From positions 9,127-73,126 of the forward strand of contig CAZYHQ010000002.1 in the NCBI GenBank assembly GCA_964646855.1: a stretch of DNA of 64,000 nucleotides. Direction: 5' to 3'. Positions within the stretch are counted from its first letter, which is position 1; each line of letters opens with the position of its first letter. Shown piece by piece: positions 16,145-24,561 of this stretch. The notes under the pieces were generated by a model. It had not been told where the DNA came from and did not search any database. It saw only the letters and a program-made list of their open reading frames with translations. The translations under genes and the position numbers were made by a program. Origin of the DNA: an uncultured archaeon (GTDB taxonomy: Archaea > Aenigmatarchaeota > Aenigmatarchaeia > CG10238-14 > SCSR01).

Positions 16145-16744
16145 ATGCAAACTAAAATAAAAAAGACGCATTTTGCAATAATTGTTGTCGCTTTAGTCGT
16201 CTTGGTTGCAGCATCGGGATACTTTTTGTTAAATCCGTTTGGGACTTCTGGCGACGTGTTTTCTGCGAAAAGTTCACCTGCTTCTACTGGCGTAAGTCAG
16301 TCCTCATCCAAGGGCTTGTCGCCAGGCAACAAGGCACCAGATTTTGAGGTTACTACTGTTGACGGCAAAAAAATAAGTTTGGCTTCCCTAATCCAACAGA
16401 AGAAACCTTTTGTTTTATATTTTTTTGCAAGCTGGTGCCCATTTTGTACTGATGAGCTGACTAGACTGAAAGGCATCTACCCGGATTATCAGGATAAAGT
16501 AGGATTCGTTGCGGTGGATTTAGATTTGCAGGAAACTGAAGAAACAGTGACCAAATACAAGCTTTCGCACCAGTTTTTGGGCGACTTCGCTGCTGGCAAC
16601 AGGGACATATTGATAAATTACATGGTCATTGCAACCACAACAAAATATTTCATTGACAGCGACGGAGTTATTCTTACAAAGGGTTCGGGGGAAATTTCAG
16701 ATGCCCAGTGGAAGGCGCTGTTCCAAGATTTGGTAAACTTGTGA
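16145..16744 (+). CDS. TlpA/ResA-like membrane-anchored thiol-disulfide oxidoreductase
   Basis: 199 aa with a TM anchor and the redoxin-fold motif FVLYFFASWCPFCTDE. Confidence 0.85.
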   Translation: MQTKIKKTHFAIIVVALVVLVAASGYFLLNPFGTSGDVFSAKSSPASTGVSQSSSKGLSPGNKAPDFEVTTVDGKKISLASLIQQKKPFVLYFFASWCPFCTDELTRLKGIYPDYQDKVGFVAVDLDLQETEETVTKYKLSHQFLGDFAAGNRDILINYMVIATTTKYFIDSDGVILTKGSGEISDAQWKALFQDLVNL

Positions 16745-16748
16745 TTGT

Positions 16749-17432
16749 ATGGTAGATTTTGTACTGCTGTCATTAGCTCTAGCAGCCGGGGCTGCAGCCT
16801 TTTTTAATCCGTGCGGATTTGCAGTTCTGCCTGCTTACATTTCAAATTATTTTTCAAAATCTCAAAAGAAAAGTTCTCCAGCGAAAAGTCTTTTCAGTGG
16901 TGTTTCAGTCGGTGTCATAGCAACTTTAGGTTTTATTTTTCTTTTTGTAATCCTTGGAATGCTGCTGAAATTTGTAAGTCGGGATATCGGAAATTATATC
17001 CCGTGGATTGATTTTGTTCTAGGGCTGGTTTTAATTGGATTTGGATTACTGTTGATAGTCGGTAGGGGTTTTGGTTTTACAGTTCCAGTAAGATCCTTGC
17101 CTTTAGAAAACAATTTCTCCTTTTTCCAATACGGAATTGTTTATGGTCTAGCATCTTTAGGATGCACTCTGCCGATCTTCTTGTCTGTCGCATTCGGCTC
17201 GCTGGCCGCAACTTTTGTTGAAGGAATTTTCATGTTTTTTGCCTATGCTATAGGAATGAGTCTACCGTTTATTGCAGTCACGATCGCTACAGTTCTGTCT
17301 AAAGATATTTTCGTCAGCAAACTGCAGTCTTATCTTAAGTATATGAAAACAATCAATGCAATCATACTGATTTTCGTCGGTCTTTATTTGATTTACTTCC
17401 AACTAAATGCTGGTTTGTTGGTTAGAGTATGA
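16749..17432 (+). CDS. ccdA: CcdA/DsbD-family transmembrane thiol-disulfide electron transporter
   Basis: 227 aa, polytopic. The two conserved TM cysteines lie in FFNPCGFAVLPAYI and LASLGCTLPIFL. Confidence 0.85.
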   Translation: MVDFVLLSLALAAGAAAFFNPCGFAVLPAYISNYFSKSQKKSSPAKSLFSGVSVGVIATLGFIFLFVILGMLLKFVSRDIGNYIPWIDFVLGLVLIGFGLLLIVGRGFGFTVPVRSLPLENNFSFFQYGIVYGLASLGCTLPIFLSVAFGSLAATFVEGIFMFFAYAIGMSLPFIAVTIATVLSKDIFVSKLQSYLKYMKTINAIILIFVGLYLIYFQLNAGLLVRV

Positions 17433-17481
17433 AAATAAAACCAAAATAAGGCAATAAATATTTAAAAATAAAAGTGATTAC

Positions 17482-18150
17482 ATGGAAAAAGCTGAATGCA
17501 AACATTGCGGAAAAAAGTTCGACTCATCAAGATCTTTAGAGCAGCATATAGCAGCTAAACATTCTGGCACCTACCAGTCAGCGAAAGTTGTCAAGAAAAA
17601 ATTTACATACAAGAGTTTGATTTTGTATGCAATAATTTCTTCGATAGCTGGCATTGGAATTTACGGCATTATCTGGGCTGTAACTTCGCCAAGTCAGATT
17701 GGTCCCATAGGATCCACACACATACATGCAGACATAGCAGTTTTTCTTGACGGAAGGCAGATAACTCCGTTTGGTCCGCAATACTACGTGCGAGCCAGCC
17801 ATGTTCATGTCGAATCTGGCCCTGGGGAAGGTACTGTGATCCACATACATGCAACTGGTGTGCCATTGGGAAACTTCTTCAGCACTTTGGGAATGAAGTT
17901 TAACAAAGACTGCTTTGTTAGTGACAACAAAGTTAATTACTGCAATTCTGATAGCAAAACTTTGAAAATGTTTGTAAAGCATGAAGGCGGCAATTGGACA
18001 CAAAACTTTGATTATGATAAATATGTGTTTACCGATTTGGACAAAATTTTAGTAACATACGGAGGCGAAACTCCAGACCAATTAGAATTGCATATGAACG
18101 CAGTTACGGATTTCTCGAAGGACAATTCAGGTAGAAAAATGCCCGTGTGA
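17482..18150 (+). CDS. C2H2 zinc finger - TM helix - His-rich ectodomain protein
   Basis: 222 aa. N-terminal CKHCGKKFDSSRSLEQHIAAKH (Cx2Cx12Hx4H), one TM helix, then an ectodomain with THIHADIAVF and HVHVESG..GTVIHIHATG. Confidence 0.6.
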   Translation: MEKAECKHCGKKFDSSRSLEQHIAAKHSGTYQSAKVVKKKFTYKSLILYAIISSIAGIGIYGIIWAVTSPSQIGPIGSTHIHADIAVFLDGRQITPFGPQYYVRASHVHVESGPGEGTVIHIHATGVPLGNFFSTLGMKFNKDCFVSDNKVNYCNSDSKTLKMFVKHEGGNWTQNFDYDKYVFTDLDKILVTYGGETPDQLELHMNAVTDFSKDNSGRKMPV

Positions 18151-18154
18151 TTTG

Positions 18155-18289
18155 ATGCAAGATCCAGTTTGTAAAATGGAAGTTGGTGAGGCAGGAATTA
18201 AAGCAGAGCATAAAGACAAAACTTATTATTTTTGCAGCGAAAACTGCAAAGCAGAATTTTTGATCAATCCGAAAAAATTCGCGAAGTGA
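18155..18289 (+). CDS. YHS/TRASH-domain metal-binding mini-protein
   Basis: Absent from the ORF track (44 aa): MQDPVCKMEVGEAGIKAEHKDKTYYFCSENCKAEFLINPKKFAK. The pattern matches the N-terminus of the CopA at 22488 (DPVCGM...YFCSEVC). Confidence 0.7.
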   Translation: MQDPVCKMEVGEAGIKAEHKDKTYYFCSENCKAEFLINPKKFAK

Positions 18290-18292
18290 GAT

Positions 18293-18835
18293 ATGAAAAA
18301 TAAAATTTTCGTACTTGTCCTTGTGGCAGTTGTATTAGCTTCGAGTAGCGTGTTAGCCCACCAAGTCGAAAAAACAAAGACAGTCGAAGAAATTCTCGCA
18401 GAAATTACGAGAGAACAAAATGTTGTTGCTGTGAGTCAGATCGACTGCAATAAAGTTTCTAATTTGCAATTTGAAGACCTTGGGGATGCTGTAATGGAAA
18501 GAATGGTTGGTAGCCACGAGCAGCATGAACAAATGGATGCAATGATGGGCGGAGAAGGCTCAGCTAGTCTTGTGCAAATGCACACGATTATGGGAAAAAA
18601 TTGGTTGAGTTGCAACAATTTGCAGGGAATGATGGTTGTAGGAATGACAGGAACTAACATGATGCCAATGATGATGAGAATGATGGGGAATTACTATCCA
18701 GCGTACTACAGCAGATACGATTCCTTGTTGGTTTTTACTTTAATCGGATGGGCACTCGCAATAATTCTGCTTGTGGTGTTATTAATTTTTTCAACAACTG
18801 GAAAATTAAAATTCCGAAAGAGAAGAATTGAATAA
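18293..18835 (+). CDS. Exported Met/His-rich protein with C-terminal TM anchor (putative Cu(I) binding)
   Basis: 180 aa with a signal peptide, then HEQHEQMDAMMGGEG and GMMVVGMTGTNMMPMMMRMMG, and a C-terminal TM helix. Confidence 0.6.
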   Translation: MKNKIFVLVLVAVVLASSSVLAHQVEKTKTVEEILAEITREQNVVAVSQIDCNKVSNLQFEDLGDAVMERMVGSHEQHEQMDAMMGGEGSASLVQMHTIMGKNWLSCNNLQGMMVVGMTGTNMMPMMMRMMGNYYPAYYSRYDSLLVFTLIGWALAIILLVVLLIFSTTGKLKFRKRRIE

Positions 18836-18870
18836 CTTATAAATAGTCTTCGTTTGTTATATCTAATTGT

Positions 18871-19368
18871 ATGTCTCGATTTTTTTCAAACACAAATAGA
18901 GTTTTAGGTTTTTTGATTATTGTCGTTTCTGTAATTTCCTTTCTTTCCCTTTACAATGTCACTATGAAAATAGCCGAGACCACACACACGCAATGCTTAG
19001 CAGTTCACACTGAAACAAGCTGTACGGTTTTAGGGCATATACCATACGAGTCTTTTCTGGGTTTAGGCGGTCTGACTTTTCTAGGTTTCAGTGGCATGTA
19101 CATAATTCTCAAAGAGGGGGCGAAACTTAGGTCTACAAGCAGGACAATCAGGAACGTTAATGAGGCATTGAAAAATCTTGATGGCGAGGAAAAAACTATT
19201 TACGGCCAAATAAAAGATTCTGACGGTTTCATCTTCCAAAACGATCTGATACAAAAAACTGGGTTTTCGAAAGTAAAAGTTAGTAGATTGTTAGATAAAC
19301 TAGAAGCAAAAAATTTAGTTGAGAGAAGAAGGCGCGGAATGAGCAACGTTGTCGTTTTGAAATACTGA
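18871..19368 (+). CDS. Membrane-tethered winged-helix transcriptional regulator
   Basis: 165 aa with two N-terminal TM helices and a C-terminal wHTH (LIQKTGFSKVKVSRLLDKLEAKNLVERRRRG). Confidence 0.65.
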   Translation: MSRFFSNTNRVLGFLIIVVSVISFLSLYNVTMKIAETTHTQCLAVHTETSCTVLGHIPYESFLGLGGLTFLGFSGMYIILKEGAKLRSTSRTIRNVNEALKNLDGEEKTIYGQIKDSDGFIFQNDLIQKTGFSKVKVSRLLDKLEAKNLVERRRRGMSNVVVLKY

Positions 19369-19431
19369 GCAGAAGCAGGTGAAACTAGTTTCACTTAAAA
19401 TGTTATATGCTATTTCTTGTATTGAAAATGC

Positions 19432-19884
19432 ATGGAAGTAAAAATAAAAAACAGTACAGCAGTGGCAATAAGCTTGGTGATAATCGCTGCTCTGATAGGT
19501 GCTACAGGTTTTTTGTTGGCGCAGATGTACCTGCCTAAAACCGGATACGTTGTTTCAGCCGGACAAGTTGCGGTACCCACTGGCGTTGACCAGTCAAACA
19601 TCTTTGAAGGTAAGATAACCAGTCCAAAAGTCAGCCCTGGAAAATTGGAAGGGGTCACGACGTACGATGCAAACTGTGTTGGTAACGAAATTACTCAGTG
19701 TGATTCTGGCATAATGACCGTGGAATATGGCGTGCTCAATTTCCATTACTCGCACAAGATGGAAATCCAACCTTGCTTGCACATGTTCGGACCTGAGAAA
19801 GTTATTGTAGACATCCTAGATTCAGATGGGAATGCAAAAATTACAAGGACCATCGACGTCAGCATGATGGGTCATCACGAGTGA
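19432..19884 (+). CDS. Membrane-anchored hypothetical protein (Cys/His ectodomain)
   Basis: 150 aa with a TM anchor. The ectodomain has 3 Cys, HYSHKME, and a C-terminal MMGHHE. Confidence 0.5.
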   Translation: MEVKIKNSTAVAISLVIIAALIGATGFLLAQMYLPKTGYVVSAGQVAVPTGVDQSNIFEGKITSPKVSPGKLEGVTTYDANCVGNEITQCDSGIMTVEYGVLNFHYSHKMEIQPCLHMFGPEKVIVDILDSDGNAKITRTIDVSMMGHHE

Positions 19885-20042
19885 ATTGCGTGGTAGGATT
19901 ATTCGGATTTGGCAAACCAAAATGTGCACAATGCGGAATGGCGTTGGGAGAACAGACATACGAATGGGAAAACAGAAAATTCTGTTGCCATGACTGCAAA
20001 ACAGCTTTCAGAAAGGGCAAGTCAAAAGCAAGCTGTCATTAA
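19881..20042 (+). CDS. TRASH-like zinc-ribbon mini-protein
   Basis: Absent from the ORF track (about 53 aa): ...KCAQCGMALGEQTYEWENRKFCCHDCKTAFRKGKSKASCH. GTG start overlaps the upstream stop (GTGA); the exact start is uncertain. Confidence 0.5.
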   Translation: MNCVVGLFGFGKPKCAQCGMALGEQTYEWENRKFCCHDCKTAFRKGKSKASCH

Positions 20043-20050
20043 GTGATTTC

Positions 20051-20581
20051 ATGAAAACTCTGCTGGTAAAGGTTTCGTTTACGGTAATTTTTTTAGCGTT
20101 ATTCTTGAACTTTGTCCAGCCAGTCTATGCACATTGCCCGTTGTGCACAGCTGCAACTGGCGCGGCTATAGCAGTAACGCGTTGGTACGGAATTGACGAT
20201 TCTGTGGTAGGTTTGTTTGTAGGTGGAATGATAATCTCAACAGCATTTTGGTTCAACAACATCTTGAAAAAGAGAAACAAAGGGAAAGAGTATATTGCCT
20301 ACCAAGGTTTGATTTTGATTTTCATCTCTTTGCTTTCTACCCTTGTATCATTTTACTTTGGTGGTCTGATCGGCACAGGCATTTATATTTTGTACGGAAT
20401 TGACAAACTATTGATAGGTATTTTCATCGGCTCATTTTTAACTTGGTTCGCATTTTACTTGCACGACATGTTAAGGCAAATTAATAGAGATAAAAATTAC
20501 ATACCGTTCCAGGCTATCGTACTGGCTTTTGTGTTTCTATCAACAGCGAGCGTCAGCTTTTATTTTGCAGGGTGGCTGTAA
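20051..20581 (+). CDS. Polytopic membrane protein with N-terminal CPLC and an internal two-fold repeat
   Basis: 176 aa with a signal-like N-terminus ending VYA|HCPLCTAATG. Two units of about 70 aa share (W/L)YGID..G.F.G...N(K/R).K.YI..Q...L.F......SVSFYF.G. Confidence 0.6.
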   Translation: MKTLLVKVSFTVIFLALFLNFVQPVYAHCPLCTAATGAAIAVTRWYGIDDSVVGLFVGGMIISTAFWFNNILKKRNKGKEYIAYQGLILIFISLLSTLVSFYFGGLIGTGIYILYGIDKLLIGIFIGSFLTWFAFYLHDMLRQINRDKNYIPFQAIVLAFVFLSTASVSFYFAGWL

Positions 20582-20986
20582 ATGGACGAAAATAAAAAAG
20601 TTGACTTGACACAAAAGGAGGACATGAGCATCGCTGTTATGAATCTAATCAGCCTGGAAGAACATTTTGCGTTTACTGCGATGAAAACCGGAAATGAAAT
20701 TTATCTGGAGGTTTTGAAAGAAGTGAGAAAAATACGAGTCAGCTTGATGAAAAGGTTAGTTGTGAACACCGAAGGCGAGCTGTGGTGCATCAGCAAACAC
20801 TTGCTTGCAGCTACAATAAGGCTGATGGAGACTTCCACCAAATACCTCGACTCCGATGTGAAACTTGCTATGCAGACTGAAAAGCAGGCGCTTGATCTGT
20901 ACAGCCTATTTTGGTTTTTGCAAAAGACCGGTGAAAAAAATGCTGCTAGAAAATTTAAGCAAGCGACTAAAAAAGTCAAAAAATAA
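20582..20986 (+). CDS. Hypothetical cytoplasmic helical protein
   Basis: 134-aa ORF that starts on the base after the upstream stop. No TM helix and no recognised motif. Confidence 0.5.
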   Translation: MDENKKVDLTQKEDMSIAVMNLISLEEHFAFTAMKTGNEIYLEVLKEVRKIRVSLMKRLVVNTEGELWCISKHLLAATIRLMETSTKYLDSDVKLAMQTEKQALDLYSLFWFLQKTGEKNAARKFKQATKKVKK

Positions 20987-21016
20987 AATTTCACAAACAA
21001 TGAAAGAGGTTTTGGA

Positions 21017-21439
21017 ATGTTGTTTGGAAAAATAAACAGGTTAAAAGGGAAATTGTCAGCTGTATTTGGAAATGCCGCTGGTGTCGGCAGCATCATCTCC
21101 GCGCACAACGTTTGTCATTGGCTGTGCCTTGCTGCGGTAGCCGCACTTTCTGTTTTTGGTATTGCAGTCTCGAGTACGGCTTTGATGTTTCTAGAAGATT
21201 ACAATTTACTTTTTTGGGGTATGGGTTTGGCCTTTCTTGCCGTTAGTTTGTTTCTTTACTCAAAAAATCCAAAATGCATTTCAAAAAAACTTATTTTGTT
21301 TAACGTTGGTTTGCTTGTTATCGGCACGCCCTTCGTTGCACAGTTCAGTTCATTTTTTTGGCTTACCGGAGGTTTAATTGTCGCCATGACTTCTGGATTT
21401 TATTTCAAAGAAAAATTTTTTGCTGGTGAAAAAGAATGA
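21017..21439 (+). CDS. Polytopic membrane protein with TM-embedded CHWLC motif
   Basis: 140 aa with GNAAGVGSIISAHNVCHWLCLAAVAAL. This resembles GSAGSLGFASAAFVTTCSNCVPVAL in ORF 13636..14151. Confidence 0.55.
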   Translation: MLFGKINRLKGKLSAVFGNAAGVGSIISAHNVCHWLCLAAVAALSVFGIAVSSTALMFLEDYNLLFWGMGLAFLAVSLFLYSKNPKCISKKLILFNVGLLVIGTPFVAQFSSFFWLTGGLIVAMTSGFYFKEKFFAGEKE

Positions 21440-21666
21440 AAAACCGAAATGCGAAACTGATCTACATTGCATTAGTCGCAATCGCTGCAATTTTTATTTT
21501 TACTGTTTACGTATACTACCAGACTTATTTCGGTACAGAATATACGCGGGCTGTTTCAAGTCAGAACACAAACAACATTTGTCAAGTCCCTCTGGGCTAC
21601 ACAGAGGAAGCGTGGAAAGAACACATGAGCCATCATCCAGATCAGTATAGAGAGTGTCTCAGATGA
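21436..21666 (+). CDS. Small single-TM protein with Cys/His tail
   Basis: 76 aa with a TM anchor, then NNICQVP...EEAWKEHMSHHPDQYRECLR. ATGA overlap with the upstream ORF. Confidence 0.45.
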   Translation: MKNRNAKLIYIALVAIAAIFIFTVYVYYQTYFGTEYTRAVSSQNTNNICQVPLGYTEEAWKEHMSHHPDQYRECLR

Positions 21667-22037
21667 AGAAAGTAACATACGCAATAACTATTTTAGTTAT
21701 TGCGGTAGTAACGATTGCATATTACTTATTTTCACAATCTGCAAGCGGGCTAGGGAAGTACGATGATTTTGCAAAATGTATCACTGAAAAAGGGATAGTT
21801 GTTTACGGCGCATACTGGTGCCCGCACTGTTTGAATCAAAAAAACATATTTGGTAGCAGTTGGAAATACGTTGACTACGTTGAGTGCGACCCGAAGGGTA
21901 TAAATGCAAACCTGCAACTCTGCCAAGAAAAGGGAATCAGCGGATACCCAACCTGGGATATCGGCGGTAGACAATACGCAGGTGAACTAACTTTGTCTAG
22001 TTTGGCGAAACTTTCCGGCTGCAGCCTGCCAAAATAA
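21654..22037 (+). CDS. Membrane-anchored thioredoxin-like protein of the type fused to bacterial VKOR
   Basis: 127 aa with a TM anchor. YGAYWCPHCLNQKNIFG...YVECDPKG...LCQEKGISGYPTW.IGG matches the Trx-like domain appended to cyanobacterial VKOR homologs. Confidence 0.75.
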   Translation: MSQMKKVTYAITILVIAVVTIAYYLFSQSASGLGKYDDFAKCITEKGIVVYGAYWCPHCLNQKNIFGSSWKYVDYVECDPKGINANLQLCQEKGISGYPTWDIGGRQYAGELTLSSLAKLSGCSLPK

Positions 22038-22121
22038 ATTAGTGTTCACATACACATTTGCAGACTGCCTCATTTTCACAGCCACAATCACAGACGTGTT
22101 TATTCTCAGCTCTCATAGCCA
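22038..22121 (-). CDS. Metallothionein-like mini-ORF (tentative)
   Basis: Absent from the ORF track (27 aa): MAMRAENKHVCDCGCENEAVCKCVCEH, a symmetric H-x-CxCxC-x5-CxCxC-x-H. It starts 13 nt downstream of the Trx gene on the same strand. There is no clear SD, and the sequence is CA-rich on the plus strand. Confidence 0.35.
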
Positions 22122-22133
22122 TTAACCATTAAA

Positions 22134-22445
22134 TTATTTCATTTTAGAAAGGCTGATTCCTGCTCTGGCCGTATGCTCATTCCCAATCGCCCATTTCTTC
22201 AGATTTTCGTACGAAGTTGCCCCGCAAATCCACTTTCCTGTTCGCTTGTTGAAGAAAAACGGGACCCCGCCGCAGAAGTCTTTGTCGAATTCCATCATCG
22301 TTTCAGCGTTTTTTTCGTTGTGCCAGACTTCAAGTTTTTGCACTTTCAATCCTATTTCTGATTCTAGCTTTTGAACAAGTGGATCCATATCGTGGCAGTG
22401 AGGACACTCTGTTCCGTAGAATTCTAACAAATCACTTTCAAGCAT
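22134..22445 (-). CDS. Thioredoxin-fold protein (CPHC)
   Basis: 103 aa: EFYGTECPHCHDM ... GGVPFFFN (cis-Pro), a glutaredoxin/thioredoxin_3-like small protein. Confidence 0.8.
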   Translation of the reverse strand: MLESDLLEFYGTECPHCHDMDPLVQKLESEIGLKVQKLEVWHNEKNAETMMEFDKDFCGGVPFFFNKRTGKWICGATSYENLKKWAIGNEHTARAGISLSKMK

Positions 22446-22487
22446 ACTTATTCTTTGTTTTTATAAAATAAATGTTGTGTATAATTT

Positions 22488-24554
22488 ATGGCAACCGATC
22501 CTGTTTGTGGAATGCACGTTGATGAAAAGAAAGCAGTGTTCAAAAAAGAAGTTGATGGTAAGACAGTATATTTCTGCAGCGAGGTTTGCTTGAGGACTTT
22601 TGAAAAACCTGAAGCTGAGTTGAAAAGATTAAAACTTTTAGTAATTTTGGGTGCAATAATTTCTATTCCGACTATTGCGCTCTCCTTTTTTATAAAAATC
22701 CCTTACAACAATTTTGTTTTGTTAATTTTGTCGGCTCCTGTCCAATTCTATGCAGGCTGGAGATTTTACAAAGGTACGTTTGATGCGCTGAAAGCAAAAT
22801 ACGCGAATATGGATACACTAATTGCAACAGGCACAACAGCAGCCTGGCTTTATAGTACAGCAGTGACTTTCTTTCCAACAATAATTCAAGGCGAAACTTA
22901 CTTTGACGTTTCTGTAATAATTGTGACTTTGATTTTGTTCGGCCGTTATCTCGAAGACATCGCAAAGGGCAAAGCATCTTCTGCAATCAAACGACTGATG
23001 GGTCTACAACCAAAAACAGCAACAGTCATTCGCGCAGGAAAAGAAATCGAAGTCCAGATAGAGGATTTAAAAGTTGGGGATATCGTAGTTGTCAAACCTG
23101 GTGAAAGAATTCCGGTTGATGGTATTGTTGTTGAAGGGCATTCCTCGGTTGACGAATCAGCAATTACTGGAGAGAGCATGCCTGTTGGCAAAAAAATCGG
23201 TGACGAAGTTATCGGAGCTACTATCAATAAATCTGGTTTGCTAAAATTCAAAACGACAAAAGTTGGTAAGGATACAGTTCTGTCGCAAATAATACAAATA
23301 GTCCAGCAAGCATTGACAACCAAAGCACCAATTCAGCGTCTGGCAGACAAAGTGTCATCCTATTTTGTACCAGCTGTAATTTTAGTTGCACTAGCTTCTT
23401 TCTTCTTATGGTTCTATTTGACTGGTTTCAACTTTTTGTTCGCTCTAACAATTACGATTGCAATCTTGATCATTGCCTGCCCGTGTGCTTTAGGAATAGC
23501 AACACCAACTGCGATTCTTATTGGAACAGGACTGGGAGCAGAAAGCGGGATTCTAATCAAAGGTGGAGAGGCTTTGGAAACCACGCACAAACTTACAACT
23601 GTTGTTTTTGACAAGACTGGCACTCTAACAAAAGGTCAACCATCAGTCACAGATGTGATACCTGTTGGAGTCGAACAGAAGGAAGCTCTGATGCTTGCAG
23701 CTGTAGCTGAAAAAGGATCTGAACACCCGATTGGTGAAGCAATAGTAAAACGTGCAGAAGAACTGAAAATAAAATTAGCAAATGTAAAGAACTACGAAAC
23801 AATTGCAGGCAAAGGGATAAAAACAAAATATCTGAACAAAATAATTTTGGTAGGAAATAGGGAATTCATAAAGGAAAACAAAATCGATGCAGAAAAAATT
23901 GAGAGCACGCTGCAAAAATTAGAAGGGGAAGGAAAAACTGCAGTTATCGTTTCGTTCGGAGGCGTAGTCAAAGGTGTCATTGCAGTTGCGGATACGCTGA
24001 AGAAGTTTTCAAAGGAAGCAGTAGAGGAGCTGCACAAAATGGGTAAAGAGGTTATTATGATTACTGGTGACAACGAAAGAACTGCCGACGCGATCGCAAA
24101 GCAAGTTGGTATCGATAGAGTTTTTGCACGAGTTCTGCCCGGTGAGAAAGCGAGCATTGTCAAGAAATTGCAGGAAGAGAAAAAAATTGTTGCAACTGTC
24201 GGCGACGGCATTAACGATGCACCAATGCTTGCTCAAGCCGATGTCGGGATTGCCATAGGCAGCGGTACGGATGTAGCATTGGAAACTGGGAAAATAGTTT
24301 TGATAAAAAATGATTTGCGGGATGTGGTTACTGCAATAGATTTGAGCAAATTCACAATAAACAAAATAAAACAGAATTTATTTTTGGCTTTTGTTTACAA
24401 TGTTGCAGGCATACCGATTGCTGCTGGTCTGCTTTATCCTTTCTTCGGATTCCTGTTGAGTCCGATAATTGCCGGAGCGGCCATGGCTTTCAGCTCTGTT
24501 TCTGTTGTAGGCAACTCACTGCTGATGAAAAGATATAAACCCAAATTGCGTTAG
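22488..24554 (+). CDS. copA: Copper-translocating P1B-type ATPase with N-terminal YHS/TRASH domain
   Basis: 688 aa. N-terminus [12 protein letters not shown]...YFCSEVC, TM CPC motif ([13 protein letters not shown]), [18 protein letters not shown]. Confidence 0.95.
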   Translation: MATDPVCGMHVDEKKAVFKKEVDGKTVYFCSEVCLRTFEKPEAELKRLKLLVILGAIISIPTIALSFFIKIPYNNFVLLILSAPVQFYAGWRFYKGTFDALKAKYANMDTLIATGTTAAWLYSTAVTFFPTIIQGETYFDVSVIIVTLILFGRYLEDIAKGKASSAIKRLMGLQPKTATVIRAGKEIEVQIEDLKVGDIVVVKPGERIPVDGIVVEGHSSVDESAITGESMPVGKKIGDEVIGATINKSGLLKFKTTKVGKDTVLSQIIQIVQQALTTKAPIQRLADKVSSYFVPAVILVALASFFLWFYLTGFNFLFALTITIAILIIACPCALGIATPTAILIGTGLGAESGILIKGGEALETTHKLTTVVFDKTGTLTKGQPSVTDVIPVGVEQKEALMLAAVAEKGSEHPIGEAIVKRAEELKIKLANVKNYETIAGKGIKTKYLNKIILVGNREFIKENKIDAEKIESTLQKLEGEGKTAVIVSFGGVVKGVIAVADTLKKFSKEAVEELHKMGKEVIMITGDNERTADAIAKQVGIDRVFARVLPGEKASIVKKLQEEKKIVATVGDGINDAPMLAQADVGIAIGSGTDVALETGKIVLIKNDLRDVVTAIDLSKFTINKIKQNLFLAFVYNVAGIPIAAGLLYPFFGFLLSPIIAGAAMAFSSVSVVGNSLLMKRYKPKLR

Positions 24555-24561
24555 TGGATTT

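Noticed and set aside
21017-21439. Calling this membrane protein a VKOR homolog because it precedes the VKOR-partner-type thioredoxin
   Set aside because: It has CHWLC (CxxxC) rather than the VKOR CxxC, lacks the loop Cys pair, and has no recognisable VKOR motifs. It is kept only as a hypothesis in the findings.
22690-24258. Antisense and alternate-frame ORFs within copA (22690..22986, 22946..23323, 23792..24211 and others)
   Set aside because: They overlap a full-length P-type ATPase with all signature motifs in the plus frame, and they have no motifs of their own.
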